48,442 bases of DNA, from NCBI GenBank assembly GCA_006515835.1, contig VFBG01000002.1, positions 1-48,442 on the forward strand, given 5' to 3'. Shown piece after piece: positions 1 through 10,767 of this stretch. The translations under genes were made by a program, and so were the position numbers. Source of the DNA: a bacterium. GTDB taxonomy: Bacteria; Pseudomonadota; Alphaproteobacteria; Caulobacterales; Caulobacteraceae. Below the pieces are notes generated by a model. It ran no database searches. It saw only the letters and a program-made list of their open reading frames with translations, and was not told the DNA's origin. Numbering within the stretch: the stretch's first letter is position 1; each line of letters starts with the position of its first letter.

Positions 1-107
1 TTCACCCGACAGGCGTGAAACGATCACGGAATTGCGATTAACGCTTTGTACACCTTGATGAACGGTCGGACTTGTGTCGCTGTGACGGGGTCCGGGGGAG
101 TTCCATC

Positions 108-227
108 ATGTTTGGCGGCGTTTTCGTCTTCATCCATCGCAACGCGCGCCTGGCGCTGGCGGTGGGCATTGTCACGGCCGGCGTCAGCGCGGCCAGCGTG
201 ATCGGCTGGATCACCGCGCCGGTCTGA
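108..227 (+). CDS. putative 39-aa small membrane protein (MFGGVFVFIHRNARLALAVGIVTAGVSAASVIGWITAPV)
   Basis: Read by hand: ATG at 108, TGA ending at 227, GGGGGAG Shine-Dalgarno-like run upstream, GC-rich third codon positions, one hydrophobic helix. Below the ORF-track size cutoff. Confidence 0.55.
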   Translation: MFGGVFVFIHRNARLALAVGIVTAGVSAASVIGWITAPV

Positions 228-248
228 CCGATCTGAAGAAAATCGCGA

Positions 249-322
249 TGGAGGCCTGACCGAGAATCGAACTCGGGTGCAAGGATTTGCAGTCCTCTGC
301 GTAACCACTCCGCCATCAGGCC
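249..322 (-). tRNA. tRNA-Cys (GCA)
   Basis: Reverse complement is GGCCTGATGGCGGAGTGGTTACGCAGAGGACTGCAAATCCTTGCACCCGAGTTCGATTCTCGGTCAGGCCTCCA: cloverleaf, GCA anticodon, TTCGA T-loop, encoded CCA. Confidence 0.97.
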
Positions 323-460
323 CTGGGCCGTTGAAAACGACCGCGCCATCGCGAGGGGCGTTCGCTATCAGATCGGATTGTCCCCCGCAACGCACAGACC
401 TATAAGCGCGCCAGATTTCCCGGATTTCACCGGGTGCCCTAGCCGCAGGATCGTCGCTCC

Positions 461-1090
461 ATGGATTTCGCCGCCGCCCGCAAGGTCATGGTCGACAGCC
501 AGGTCCGCGTGAATGATGTGACAGACCGTGCGCTGCAGGCCGCGCTTCTGGCGGTGCCGCGGGAACGTTTCCTGCCGGCTGAACGCGCCTATTCGGCCTA
601 TGCCGAGATCGAGCCCGAGATCGCGGGCGGCCGCAAACTGATGCTGGCTCGCGATTTGTCGAAACTCTTGATGGCGCTGGATGCTCGGCCGGGTGAGACC
701 GCCCTGGCGATTGCGGCACCTTATGCCGCCGCGGTCCTGGCAAGGCTGGGTCTCGAGGTCTCGGCCCAGGAATCCGACGCCGCGGTGTTCGACGTGGTCG
801 GCGAGGTGCTGGCGGAAGAGGGCGTGCGGGCCGTGACGGCACCGCTCAGCGCTCCGGCCGAAGGCGGCTATGACGTCATCGTTTGCGAAGCAGCGGTCCC
901 GGGACGCGTAGAGGCGTGGCTCGACGCCCTGAAGGTCGGAGGGCGGATGGCGGTCGTCGAACGCGCCGGCCCGGTGGGCAAGGCGGTGCTCTATGTGCGG
1001 GGCCAGCAGGGGGTATCCCGGCGGGAACTGTTCAACGCCGCGCCGCCGATGTTGGCGGAACTCTCGCCCCTTCCCATCTTCGCGCTGTAG
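461..1090 (+). CDS. pcm: protein-L-isoaspartate O-methyltransferase family protein
   Basis: N-terminus MDFAAARKVMVDSQVR..VPRERF is typical of the family; it lies upstream of tolC as in other alphaproteobacteria. Confidence 0.88.
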   Translation: MDFAAARKVMVDSQVRVNDVTDRALQAALLAVPRERFLPAERAYSAYAEIEPEIAGGRKLMLARDLSKLLMALDARPGETALAIAAPYAAAVLARLGLEVSAQESDAAVFDVVGEVLAEEGVRAVTAPLSAPAEGGYDVIVCEAAVPGRVEAWLDALKVGGRMAVVERAGPVGKAVLYVRGQQGVSRRELFNAAPPMLAELSPLPIFAL

Positions 1091-1219
1091 GATCGCGAAC
1101 CTCGACGGACTTTTCCGGCCGGTGCGTGAAAAAAACTTAACTGGCGTGGGCGCAAACCGTCCCGCATCAGACCTATGAGACACGAAGGGCGCTCTTCCCC
1201 GCGCCAGGCAGGAACAGAC

Positions 1220-2704
1220 ATGCTGAAACGTACGCGCGCGCTCGCCTCGGTCGCCGTCATCGCCGTGATCGCCGGCATGGGCGCTCCGGCTTGGGCGGAA
1301 ACGCTGAAGGATGCGCTGGCCCTGGCCTACCAGACCAACCCGTCATTATTGGCCCAGCGGGCCAACCAGCGGGCGCTGGATGAGTCCATCGTCCAGGCGC
1401 GCGCCGGCCTTCGTCCCCAGCTCGACGTCAGCGCCACCGCCAACTATGCCCGCGACTACAGCGGCACGGCGTTCAGCAACCCGGACAGCGACAGCGGCAG
1501 CGCCAGCATCGGCCTGTCCCAGACGCTTTGGTCGGGCGGCCGTGTCGGCCACGGCATTTCCGCGGCCGAGGCCGACATTCTGGCTGGCCGCGAGAACCTG
1601 CGCGATATTGAACAGACCGTCCTCGCATCGGTGATCCAGGCCTATGCCGACGTCATACGCGACGGCGAAATTCTGGCCATCCGCCAGTCGAACCTGGGTG
1701 TGCTGCAACGCCAGCTGGAGGAAGCCTCGGCGCGTTTTGAGGTCGGCGAGATCACCCGCACCGACGTGGCACAATCCGAATCCCGACTGGCCCAGTCCGA
1801 GGCCGATCTGGCGAATGCGCGGGCGCAGTTGTCGGTGTCGCGCGCGGTCTATGCTGCGGTCGTCGGCCAGGCGCCGGGCGACCTGGCACCGATGCCGGTC
1901 CTGCCGGGTATACCGGCCGATTTTGACGCGGCCCTCGACGTCGCCCTGACGGACAATCCGTCGATCCGCGCGGCCGCCTACGCCCTGGCCGCGGCCGAAT
2001 CCAATGTCGCGGCCGCCAAGGCCGAATATATGCCGTCGGCGCGTCTGACCGCCTCCTACGGCGGAACAACCAGCGATCTGGGCGCTATCGACGACCTCGG
2101 CAACAACACCCGGTTCCAGGCCGGCGCGACCGTCTCGGTGCCGCTGTTCACGGGCGGCCTGAACAGTTCGCGCGTCGCCCAGGCGCGGGAGCGCGCCAAT
2201 GTGGCCCAGATCAACGTCGAGGGTGAGCGCCGCAACACCCTTCAGGCGGTCAGCTCGGCCTATGCCCAGTCGATCTCGGCCCGCGCCACGCTGCAGGCCG
2301 GTGAGGAAGCCGTGCGAGCCGCGACCGTGGCCGCCGAGGGCGTTCGGCAGGAGGCACAGGTCGGCCTGCGCACCACCCTCGACGTGCTCAACCAGGAGCT
2401 GGAGCTGCGCAACGCCCAGATCACACTGGCCAGCGCCCGTCGCAACGAGTACGTCGCCCAGGCCAGCCTGCTGGCCGCCATGGGCCGGCTGGAAGGTACC
2501 GATCTCGACTCCGCCCTGACTGTCTATGACCCGGCCGCCAACTATAACCGGGTGCGCAATCGCGGCGGCCTGCCGTGGGACGGGATCATTGAGACGATCG
2601 ACCGTCTTGCCGCGCCGCCGGTTGTGCCTGCGAACGACGCCGCTGACGCGCCGATCGATACCCAGCTGAAGTCTGATGTGATCATGACTGCACCGCGCAA
2701 CTGA
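1220..2704 (+). CDS. tolC: TolC family type I secretion outer membrane protein (RsaF-like)
   Basis: Signal peptide ending AWA-ETL; motifs RFEVGEITRTDVAQ and VGLRTTLDVLN; start refined to ATG 1220. Confidence 0.92.
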   Translation: MLKRTRALASVAVIAVIAGMGAPAWAETLKDALALAYQTNPSLLAQRANQRALDESIVQARAGLRPQLDVSATANYARDYSGTAFSNPDSDSGSASIGLSQTLWSGGRVGHGISAAEADILAGRENLRDIEQTVLASVIQAYADVIRDGEILAIRQSNLGVLQRQLEEASARFEVGEITRTDVAQSESRLAQSEADLANARAQLSVSRAVYAAVVGQAPGDLAPMPVLPGIPADFDAALDVALTDNPSIRAAAYALAAAESNVAAAKAEYMPSARLTASYGGTTSDLGAIDDLGNNTRFQAGATVSVPLFTGGLNSSRVAQARERANVAQINVEGERRNTLQAVSSAYAQSISARATLQAGEEAVRAATVAAEGVRQEAQVGLRTTLDVLNQELELRNAQITLASARRNEYVAQASLLAAMGRLEGTDLDSALTVYDPAANYNRVRNRGGLPWDGIIETIDRLAAPPVVPANDAADAPIDTQLKSDVIMTAPRN

Positions 2705-2878
2705 CTGTTCCAAGGTCGCCTGTCGCGCGACTGTGGGCGCGACTGTTAACCTGACAGGCGAAAAACGCCCGTTGATTCCAGCGGGCTGAGATGCGACGAC
2801 AAGGTGTGGGAGGGGTCTCCTCTTCCTTGCCGCAATTCGACTTGATCGTGCGTTCGCAGCGCACCCCGGGGTTTCGAC

Positions 2879-3481
2879 ATGACCGACCAGACCGCCCAGG
2901 AACCGACGATGGAGGAAATCCTGGCGTCGATCCGCCGGATCATTTCCGAAGACGACGCCCCGGCCGAGACCGCACCGGTCGCCGCCGCGCCGGAGCCGGA
3001 AGCCGCGCCGGAGCCCGTCCTCTCGTCTGCCCTGATGGATGAAACGCCGTCGATGGAGGAGCCTCATGCCTCCGAAGAGGACGTGCTGGAACTGACCGAC
3101 GCCTATGAGGCCCCGGCCGCAGAGAGCCTCGGCGACCTCGATATTTCTCCCAACGAGCCCTTCCCCAGCGCGCCTGTCGCTGAGTCGGTGTTCGTTGACG
3201 AACCGGCCGAGACCTATGCACCCGAGCCCGCGCCGGCTTATGACGCACTGGTTGGCGACAGCGCGGCGGCCAGCGCTGCATCGGCCTTCGCCGGTTTCGC
3301 CTCCACCATCCGTAAGCCCGATCCCATTGAAAGCGCGGGCGGCACCGGGCCGACCGTCGATGAACTGGCTCGCAGCCTGCTGCGGCCGATGCTGAAGGAC
3401 TGGCTGGACGCCAATCTGCCGGCCATCGTCGAGGCCCAGGTACGCAAGGAAGTTGAACGCATCGCCCGCAGCGCCGGCTGA
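2879..3481 (+). CDS. popZ: polar organizing protein PopZ
   Basis: N-terminal [18 protein letters not shown] helix, Pro/Glu/Asp-rich disordered linker, C-terminal [22 protein letters not shown]; tolC-popZ-valS synteny. Confidence 0.95.
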   Translation: MTDQTAQEPTMEEILASIRRIISEDDAPAETAPVAAAPEPEAAPEPVLSSALMDETPSMEEPHASEEDVLELTDAYEAPAAESLGDLDISPNEPFPSAPVAESVFVDEPAETYAPEPAPAYDALVGDSAAASAASAFAGFASTIRKPDPIESAGGTGPTVDELARSLLRPMLKDWLDANLPAIVEAQVRKEVERIARSAG

Positions 3482-3567
3482 CTTCACCCGCGACCCGATC
3501 AAGGCTAGATCATTTCGGGGCGGCTCCAGTCGGGGCCGCCCTTATCTTTTGTCTGAAGACCCTCCCC

Positions 3568-6297
3568 ATGCTCGACAAGACCTTCGACCCGACCGCCGCC
3601 GAACCCCGCCTGTACGCAATGTGGGAGGACAGCGGCCTGTTCGCGCCGCGCGATGCCGCAGCGACGGACGGTGCCGCGGATGCCTATTCGATCGTCATCC
3701 CGCCGCCGAACGTGACCGGCTCGCTGCATATCGGCCATGCGCTGAACAACACCCTGCAGGACATCCTGGCCCGCTATCACCGGATGAAAGGCAAGGCGGT
3801 GCTGTGGCTGCCCGGCACGGACCATGCCGGCATCGCCACCCAGATGGTGGTCGAACGCCAGCTGGCCGCCGCGGGCAATGTCAGCCGCCGCGACATGGGC
3901 CGCGACGCCTTCGTGGCGAAGGTCTGGGAGTGGAAGGCGGAGTCGGGCGGGACCATCGTCCAGCAGCTGCGCCGGCTGGGCGCCTCGTGCGACTGGAGCC
4001 GCGAGCGGTTCACCCTCGACGAGGGTCTGAATGCGGCGGTGCGCAAGGTCTTCGTCCAGCTGCACAGGGACGGGCTGATCTATCGCGACAAGCGGCTGGT
4101 GAACTGGGATCCGCATTTCCAGACGGCGATCTCGGACCTCGAGGTCGAGCAGAAGGAGATGGACGGTGCCTACTGGCATTTCGCCTATCCGCTGGCCGAC
4201 GGCGTCACCTATGAGCATCCGGTCACCTTCGACGAGGACGGCAAGGCGACGGCGTGGGAGACGCGCGACTTCATCGTCGTGGCCACGACCCGGCCCGAGA
4301 CGATGCTGGGTGATACCGGCGTGGCTGTGCATCCGGATGACGCGCGCTATGCGGGGCTGGTCGGCAAGTTCGTGACCCTGCCGATCGTCGGTCGCCGCAT
4401 TCCCATTGTCGCCGACGACTATGCCGATCCGACCAAGGGTTCAGGCGCGGTGAAGATCACGCCGGCGCATGACTTCAACGACTTCCAGGTCGGCAAACGG
4501 GCCGGGCTGGCGGCGCTGAACGTCATGGACGCCTTCGGCCGCATCACCGCCGCCGACACGCCTGACGTACCAGCCGAGTACGAGGGCATGGACCGGTTCG
4601 CCGCGCGCAAGGCCATCGTCGCCCTCGCGGAAGAAGCGGGCTGGCTGAAGGAAATCGAGAAGACCCGCCACGTGATTCCGCATGGCGACCGCTCTGGCGT
4701 GGTCATTGAGCCGTGGCTGACGGACCAGTGGTACGTCGACGCCCACACCCTGGCCCAGCCGGCCATCAAGGCGGTGGAGCGGGGCGACACGGTCTTCGAG
4801 CCGAAGAGCTACGAAAAGATCTATTTCGAATGGCTGCGCAACATCGAGCCATGGTGCATCTCGCGCCAGCTGTGGTGGGGTCACCGTATCCCCGCCTGGT
4901 ATGATGCAGACGGCAACATCTATGTCGCCGAGAGCGAGGCCGAAGCCGTGGCGCAGGCCGGCGGCAAGCCGCTGACCCAGGACGAGGATGTGCTGGACAC
5001 CTGGTTCAGTTCGGCCCTGTGGCCGTTCTCGACCATGGGCTGGCCGGAGAAGACGGAAGACCTGGAGCGCTTCTATCCGACCAGCGATCTGGTGACGGCG
5101 GCTGACATCATCTTCTTCTGGGTTGCCCGGATGATGATGATGGGACTTCACTTCATGGATGAGGTTCCGTTCAAGCGAGTCATCATCAATGGTCTGGTCC
5201 GCGACGAGAAGGGCCAGAAGATGAGCAAGTCGAAGGGGAACGTCATCGACCCCCTCGGCATCATCGACGAGCTGGGTGCCGACCCGCTGCGTTTCACCAT
5301 GGCCATCCTGTCGGGTACGCGTGACATCAAGTTGTCGAAGCAACGCATTGAAGGTTATCGCAACTTTGGCACCAAGCTCTGGAACGCGGCGCGCTTCGCC
5401 CAGATGAATGAGGCCGTGCGCGCCGAGGGCTTCGACCCGGCGAACGTCGACCAGACCATCAACCGATGGATCCGCGGCGAGCTGACCAAGGCCGAGCGCG
5501 GCGTCAGCGAAGCCATCGAGGGCGGGCGTTTCGACGACGCGGCCTCGGCCCTGTACCGTTTTGTCTGGAACGTCTTCTGCGACTGGTACCTGGAGCTGGC
5601 CAAGCCGGTGTTCATGGGCACCGACGAGGCCGCCAAGGCGGAAACCCGGGCCATGACGGCCTGGACGCTCGATCAGACGCTGAAGCTGATGCACCCGATC
5701 ATGCCCTTCATCACCGAGGAGCTGTGGGACAAGCTGGCCGGCGAAGGCGCGGCGCGGAGTGAAGCGACGCTTATCGGGGCGGCGTGGCCGGTGCTGCCGG
5801 ACGCCTACATCGATCCAGCGGCCGAGGGCGAAATCGGCTGGCTGGTCGATCTGGTCACCGAAATCCGCCAGCTGAAGGCCGAGATGAATGTGCCGCAGGG
5901 CGCCAAGCCCGGCCTGTCCTTCATCGCGCCGGACGCGGTCACGGCGGCCCGGATCGCGCGCCATCGCGACCTGATCCTGACGATTGGCCGCGTGTCTGAC
6001 CTGTCGACGGTCGACGCCGCGGCTGAGGGGGCAGTGACCTTCGTCTCCGGCGGCGCGACGGCGGCGTTGTCGCTGGCGGGTATCATCGATCTGGCGGCCG
6101 AGCGCGCGCGCCTGACCAAGGAAATCGCCGCCTTCGACAGCGACATCGGCCATTTCAACAAGAAGCTGGGTAACCCGAACTTTGTGGATCGCGCGGCGCC
6201 CGAGGTCGTCGAGGAACAACGCCAGAAGCTGGCCGAAGCCGAGGCCGGAAAGGCCAAGCTGCAGGCGGCCCTGGCCCGGTTGGACGCGGTGGGGTGA
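3568..6297 (+). CDS. valS: valine--tRNA ligase
   Basis: [13 protein letters not shown] (HIGH) and KMSKS motifs, [12 protein letters not shown]-terminal coiled coil. Confidence 0.98.
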   Translation: MLDKTFDPTAAEPRLYAMWEDSGLFAPRDAAATDGAADAYSIVIPPPNVTGSLHIGHALNNTLQDILARYHRMKGKAVLWLPGTDHAGIATQMVVERQLAAAGNVSRRDMGRDAFVAKVWEWKAESGGTIVQQLRRLGASCDWSRERFTLDEGLNAAVRKVFVQLHRDGLIYRDKRLVNWDPHFQTAISDLEVEQKEMDGAYWHFAYPLADGVTYEHPVTFDEDGKATAWETRDFIVVATTRPETMLGDTGVAVHPDDARYAGLVGKFVTLPIVGRRIPIVADDYADPTKGSGAVKITPAHDFNDFQVGKRAGLAALNVMDAFGRITAADTPDVPAEYEGMDRFAARKAIVALAEEAGWLKEIEKTRHVIPHGDRSGVVIEPWLTDQWYVDAHTLAQPAIKAVERGDTVFEPKSYEKIYFEWLRNIEPWCISRQLWWGHRIPAWYDADGNIYVAESEAEAVAQAGGKPLTQDEDVLDTWFSSALWPFSTMGWPEKTEDLERFYPTSDLVTAADIIFFWVARMMMMGLHFMDEVPFKRVIINGLVRDEKGQKMSKSKGNVIDPLGIIDELGADPLRFTMAILSGTRDIKLSKQRIEGYRNFGTKLWNAARFAQMNEAVRAEGFDPANVDQTINRWIRGELTKAERGVSEAIEGGRFDDAASALYRFVWNVFCDWYLELAKPVFMGTDEAAKAETRAMTAWTLDQTLKLMHPIMPFITEELWDKLAGEGAARSEATLIGAAWPVLPDAYIDPAAEGEIGWLVDLVTEIRQLKAEMNVPQGAKPGLSFIAPDAVTAARIARHRDLILTIGRVSDLSTVDAAAEGAVTFVSGGATAALSLAGIIDLAAERARLTKEIAAFDSDIGHFNKKLGNPNFVDRAAPEVVEEQRQKLAEAEAGKAKLQAALARLDAVG

Positions 6298-7046
6298 AGA
6301 CGCGGCTCGACCAACTGCTGGTCGCGCGTGGACTGGCGGAGAGCCGGGCCCGGGCGAAGGCGGCGATCGAGGCGGGCGGCGTGACAGTGAACGGGGTACC
6401 CGCGAAGGCGGCGTCCCAGGCGGTGGCTGAGGATGCGCTCGTCGCCTATGCTGACGCCCATCACTGGGTCGGGCGCGGGGCATTGAAGCTGGATCACGCG
6501 CTGACGCTGTGGCCCGTCGTGGTCGAGAGCCGAACGGTCCTGGATGTCGGTGCGTCGACGGGGGGCTTCACCGAGGTCTGTCTGTCACGCGGCGCGGCAC
6601 GGGTGTTCGCCGTGGACGTGGGCTCCGGCCAATTGCACCCTCGCGTGGCGGCGGACCCGCGGGTGGTCAATCTGGAGCAGACCGATGCGCGCGAGCTGAC
6701 GCCGGCGCTGATCTCCGAACCGCCGCAGCTGATCGTCTGCGACGCCAGCTTCATCGGCCTGGCCAAGGTCTTGCCGGTGGCCTTGTCGCTGGCCGCTTCG
6801 GACGCGGATCTGGTCACCCTCGTCAAGCCACAGTTCGAGGCGACGGGGCCCGGTGGAACGAAGAAGGGGGTGGTCAAGGATCCGGCGGCGCAACAGGCGG
6901 CGCTGGCGACGGTCTGCGACTGGCTGGAAGGCGAGGGGTGGGCTGTGCAGGCGACCACGGAGAGCCCGATCACCGGCGGCGACGGGAATGTGGAGTTTCT
7001 GCTTTGGGCGAGGCGGCGGGAAGCTGTTGGCTCGGCCGGCGACTGA
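6294..7046 (+). CDS. tlyA: TlyA family RNA methyltransferase
   Basis: S4-like RLDQLLV start, [29 protein letters not shown]; GTGA overlap with valS. Confidence 0.92.
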   Translation: MKTRLDQLLVARGLAESRARAKAAIEAGGVTVNGVPAKAASQAVAEDALVAYADAHHWVGRGALKLDHALTLWPVVVESRTVLDVGASTGGFTEVCLSRGAARVFAVDVGSGQLHPRVAADPRVVNLEQTDARELTPALISEPPQLIVCDASFIGLAKVLPVALSLAASDADLVTLVKPQFEATGPGGTKKGVVKDPAAQQAALATVCDWLEGEGWAVQATTESPITGGDGNVEFLLWARRREAVGSAGD

Positions 7047-7133
7047 AGTTGCGTCGTCGGACGCGATGCGTCCTCCTCCGGCGCTCAAGCAGCGAGCGAC
7101 CGCGTCGCGAGTGTTAGCGCCCCATCAACAAGG

Positions 7134-7165
7134 AAAAACCCCCGGTGGATTGCTCCACCGGGGGT
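7134..7165 (-). terminator. rho-independent terminator
   Basis: Hairpin ACCCCCGGTGGA-TTGC-TCCACCGGGGGT with an A-run on its left (U-tract on the minus strand), downstream of the minus-strand gene ending at 7223. Confidence 0.8.
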
Positions 7166-7222
7166 CTCCGTCACGCCGCCGATCGACAGGGGGGCTGAAA
7201 AATAATCAGCGGCGCAATTCTG

Positions 7223-7912
7223 TCAGCAGGTCTGCTGGTAGCGGGTGACGGTCCGCCCGTACCGGTCGCGGCTGTGGACAGCAACGGGGCGGCAGTCGGA
7301 CTGGTAGCGATCGTTCGACTGGTACTGCTGGTCCTGATAGCCGCGGTCGGCGTAGCGGTCGTCAACGCCGTAGCTGCCATTGCCCTGGCTGCTGTAGCCG
7401 CGGTCCTCATAGCGATAACGGCTCGATTCCTCGTAGCGGCTGTCGTAGCCACGGTCGTTGTACTGGACGTGGCCGCTGTAACCGTCGCTGCAGTTGCGGG
7501 CCGAGTCGTTGCCGACGGCCGCGCCGAGAGCGCCTCCGATAACGGCCCCGAGTACGCTGCCCTCGGTGCGGCGTCCGCGGGCACCCAGCTGGGAGCCGAG
7601 GACAGCGCCGAAGGTCGCGCCGACGGCGACACCGGCACCCGTACGGCCGCTGCGCTCGCTGCGGCAGTTATAGTTTGAGCGCTCGTATGATTGGCCATAG
7701 GCGCGGTCATCACGATAGTCGGGCCGCTGGGTGTAGCCATAGGGGGACTGCTGGTCGTAGCCGTAGGGCTGGCTGCCGTAGCCGCTATAGGCCTGGGGTG
7801 CGCCCTGGTAGCTGTAGGCCTGGGCCGAGGCGGTGGCCGGGGTCAGCATCAGGCCGGCCGCGGCGAGGGCGGCGGCGCCGAAGGTGGTCTTGAGGGGCAG
7901 ACGGGCGAACAT
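7223..7912 (-). CDS. exported glycine-zipper (2TM-type) protein with Tyr/Gly/Asp/Arg-rich low-complexity regions
   Basis: Signal peptide (..TPATASA-Q), GAVLGSQLG..GSVLGAVIGGALGAAVG zipper; start could be 7912, 7918 or 7921. Confidence 0.8.
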   Translation of the reverse strand: MFARLPLKTTFGAAALAAAGLMLTPATASAQAYSYQGAPQAYSGYGSQPYGYDQQSPYGYTQRPDYRDDRAYGQSYERSNYNCRSERSGRTGAGVAVGATFGAVLGSQLGARGRRTEGSVLGAVIGGALGAAVGNDSARNCSDGYSGHVQYNDRGYDSRYEESSRYRYEDRGYSSQGNGSYGVDDRYADRGYQDQQYQSNDRYQSDCRPVAVHSRDRYGRTVTRYQQTC

Positions 7913-7970
7913 CGGCATCATCCTGGCTGAAGGGCGGGCGCCGGAGGTCGACGCCTGTGCTTGTGAGGAC

Positions 7971-8028
7971 GATGAATAGGCCGGTGAAACTGAACGGCCT
8001 TTGATCGGGCCGTTCATCTTCGTTCAGG
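7971..8028. promoter_or_regulatory. cluster of TGAAC/GTTCA repeats, putative regulator operator
   Basis: Inverted repeat TGAACGGCC-N8-GGCCGTTCA plus extra TGAA(T/A/C) and GTTCA copies between the divergent glycine-zipper gene and rlmD. Confidence 0.45.
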
Positions 8029-8063
8029 TTTCGCCGACGCGCTGGAGCCTCTAGAAGCGGCCG

Positions 8064-9308
8064 ATGACGGAGACGCTGACCATCAGCCGCGTGGGCGGGC
8101 AGGGCGACGGGATCGCCGAGACGGCGGCCGGCCCGGTGTTCGTGCCCCTGAGCCTGCCCGGCGAGATCGTGCGGGGCGAGGTCCGCGACGGGCGGCTGGA
8201 GGGGGCCGAGATCCTGACCGCCAGCCTGGAGCGGATTGCGCCTGTATCGCCCCATTACGGCGACTGCGGCGGCTGTTCGCTGCAACATTGGGCAGCCAGC
8301 CCGTATCTCGACTGGAAGCGTGAGCAGGTGCGGTTCGCCCTTGCGCGTGAACGGATCGAGACCGAGATCGAGGCCACGGTGGCGGTGCCGCCGGGCACGC
8401 GCCGTCGACTCGCGCTGCATGCCCGGCGCGGTGAGGACGGGCGGGTCGTCCTCGGGTTCAAGGCGCGAAAGAGCTGGCGGCTGGTTGAGGTGACTGCCTG
8501 TCCGGTGGCCGATCCGCGGCTGGTGGCGGCGTTTCCGGCGCTGGCGCGGGTCGCAGACGCGTTTCTGGAGCACCCGAAATCGGCCCCGACCCTGCATGTG
8601 ACGGCGACCCTTACCGGGCTGGATGTGGATGTGACAGGGGTTGAGCGGCGCACGGGGGGGCTGTCGGGCGACGCCCGGATGCGGGCGATCGCAGCGGCGG
8701 CGGAAGCCGGACTGGCGCGGCTGAGCCTGGCGGGCGAAGTGTTGATGATGGAGCGGCAGCCGAAGGTGGCCTTCGGCCCGGCGACCGTGCCGCTGCCGCC
8801 CGGTGGCTTTCTGCAGGCCGTGCCCGAGGCGGAGGCGGCCATGGTCGCGCGCGCGGTTGAGGCGGTGCGGGGTGCGAAGAAGATCGCGGATCTGTTCTGC
8901 GGGGCCGGGACCTTCACCTTCCACTTGGCGACCGTGGCGCCGGTGCTCGCGGCGGATGGGTCGGGGGCAGGGATTGCGGCGCTGAAGTCGGGCATCGGCT
9001 CGGGGCCGGGGATGAAGGCCGTCACGGCAGAGGCGCGGGACCTGTTCCGCCGGCCGCTGGCTCCCTACGACCTGCGCGGCTGCGACGCCGTGGTGCTGGA
9101 CCCGCCGAGGGCGGGGGCGCTGGAACAGACGCGGCAACTGCCGGGGACGAAGGCGGCGGTCGTGGTCGGGGTGTCGTGCAATCCGGTGACCTTCGCTCGC
9201 GACGCCCGGGTGCTGATCGATGCCGGTTTCCAGCTTGAGCGGGTGACCCCGGTGGATCAGTTCCTGTGGTCGGCGCATGTGGAGCTGGTGGGAGTGTTCC
9301 GGCGATGA
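8064..9308 (+). CDS. rlmD: 23S rRNA m5U methyltransferase (RlmD/RumA family)
   Basis: TRAM-like start, CGGCSLQH, FLQA, DLFCGAGTF, VLDPPRAG, VSCNPVTFARD, DQFLWSAHVE. Confidence 0.9.
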   Translation: MTETLTISRVGGQGDGIAETAAGPVFVPLSLPGEIVRGEVRDGRLEGAEILTASLERIAPVSPHYGDCGGCSLQHWAASPYLDWKREQVRFALARERIETEIEATVAVPPGTRRRLALHARRGEDGRVVLGFKARKSWRLVEVTACPVADPRLVAAFPALARVADAFLEHPKSAPTLHVTATLTGLDVDVTGVERRTGGLSGDARMRAIAAAAEAGLARLSLAGEVLMMERQPKVAFGPATVPLPPGGFLQAVPEAEAAMVARAVEAVRGAKKIADLFCGAGTFTFHLATVAPVLAADGSGAGIAALKSGIGSGPGMKAVTAEARDLFRRPLAPYDLRGCDAVVLDPPRAGALEQTRQLPGTKAAVVVGVSCNPVTFARDARVLIDAGFQLERVTPVDQFLWSAHVELVGVFRR

Positions 9309-9634
9309 CGATGAACGACAACCTGCCCGACGAGGATGGCGGCGGCTTCGACGCCGAGGACTGGATCCGGCTGACGCCGTTTGTTGGCTCGGTGGCCACC
9401 CTGGACGATGTCCAGGCGCGCCGGGCAGTGTTTGCGCTGGGCGAAACCGATGACCCGCGTCCGATCGCCATGGACCTGCCGCAGCCGGTGATCTGGTGGG
9501 ACGAGGACGGTGAGCAGGCGGCGGTGGCCGTGCAGGCCGAGACCCATCTGGGACCGGATGGCGAGGAGATGGAGGATCCGACCTGGCGTGAGCTCGTGAC
9601 CAACGCCATCGATCCGTCGGCAGCCGAGGACTAG
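9305..9634 (+). CDS. acidic hypothetical protein
   Basis: ATGA overlap with rlmD and typical codon usage; function not recognised. Confidence 0.65.
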   Translation: MTMNDNLPDEDGGGFDAEDWIRLTPFVGSVATLDDVQARRAVFALGETDDPRPIAMDLPQPVIWWDEDGEQAAVAVQAETHLGPDGEEMEDPTWRELVTNAIDPSAAED

Positions 9635-10744
9635 GCGGCCTCGGCCTCGCCTGATGGAAGATCGAACAGGTCCATCTGCTTTTTCATGTCGGCCGGCACC
9701 CGGAACTGCGACTCGTCCAGCGGAACGCGGGGCGCGTCGAGAACGTACCGTTTCACCGCCGCCTTGAACCGGGCGGCGATCAGTTCGGCGACCGGGCCGG
9801 TTCCCTTCATGCGCCGGGACCAGTCGGCGTCATAGTCCTTGCCGCCGCGGGTCTGGCGGATCAGGGACATGACGCGGGCGGCGCGGTCGGGTCGGGCGTC
9901 GGCCAGCCACTCGCGGAACAGGTCCTTGATCTCGAGCGGCAGGCGCAGGGTGACGTACATGGCGGAGGTCGCGCCCGCTTTCGACGCGACCTCAAGCACA
10001 GACTCCAGTTCGTGGTCGTTGAGGCCGGGAATGACGGGGGCGAAGCCGACGGTGACCGGGCAGCCGGTGTCGGCGAGGCGGGCGATGGCTTCCAGCCGCC
10101 TGGCGGGGGTGGATGCTCGCGGCTCCATGGCGCGGGCCAGTCCCCGGTCGAGCGTGGTGATCGAGACGCAGGCCGAGGCGAGGCCGGCCTTGCCCATCGG
10201 CCCGAGTATGTCGGCGTCGCGGGTTATCAGCACCGACTTGGTGATGATGCTGAACGGGTGATGGAAGCGCCGCATAACCTCAAGGATTGAGCGGGTGGAG
10301 TTCAGCTCGCGCTCAATCGGCTGATAGGGGTCGGTGTTACCGCCTATGTGGATGCGTTTGCAGACGTACCGGGGCTTTGAGAGTTCCTGCTCCAGCAGAC
10401 GCGCGGCCTCGGGTTTGAAGAAGAGGCGGCTCTCGAAATCCAGGCCCGGGGATAGGCCCATCCAGGCATGGGACGGACGGGCGTACATGGGACGGACGGG
10501 CGTAGCAGTAGATACAACCATGTTCGCAGCCCTTGTAGGGGTTGATGGACCGGTCGAAACCGATGTCCGGACTGGTGTTCTTCGCGATGATGGTCCGGGC
10601 GTGCTCGGGCGTCAGGGTCGTGCGCATGGGCGCGGCCTCGACATCGTCGCCGGTCCAGCCGTCATCGAAGGCCTCCACGGTTTCCGGTTCGAACCGCCCG
10701 CTCGCATTCGACCGCGCGCCTCGTCCTTTCGCCGTCTCGACCAT
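9631..10744 (-). pseudogene. PA0069-family radical SAM protein, frameshifted by a 19-nt tandem duplication
   Basis: The N-terminal ORF carries GFDRSINPYKGCEHGCIYCYARPSH (CxxxCxxC). The rest (GLDFES, GGNTDPYQP, MEPRASTP) is in another frame. The switch coincides with the duplication at 10467-10504. Confidence 0.9.
10467..10504. repeat. exact tandem duplication, 2 x CATGGGACGGACGGGCGTA (19 nt)
   Basis: Directly visible: 10467-10485 and 10486-10504 are identical. Confidence 0.95.
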
Positions 10745-10767
10745 ACAGAGACGTTACCGATCGAAGA

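Noticed and set aside
24-395. Minus-strand ORFs spanning the tRNA-Cys region
   Set aside because: They overlap a clear tRNA gene and have no protein-like features.
2745-2752. GTTAACC upstream of popZ as a CtrA site
   Set aside because: Only a half-site; no TTAA-N7-TTAA, so too weak to call.
1346-3502. Long antisense ORFs (718 aa here; also 4441-6483, 13506-15881, 29797-31599, 46738-48180)
   Set aside because: They are shadows of real genes on the opposite strand, expected with high-GC codon bias; no recognisable domains.
9560-9590. Possible in-frame deletion in the acidic hypothetical protein (GEEME/DPTW junction)
   Set aside because: Suspected only from vague memory of homologues; the frame is intact and it cannot be supported without an alignment.
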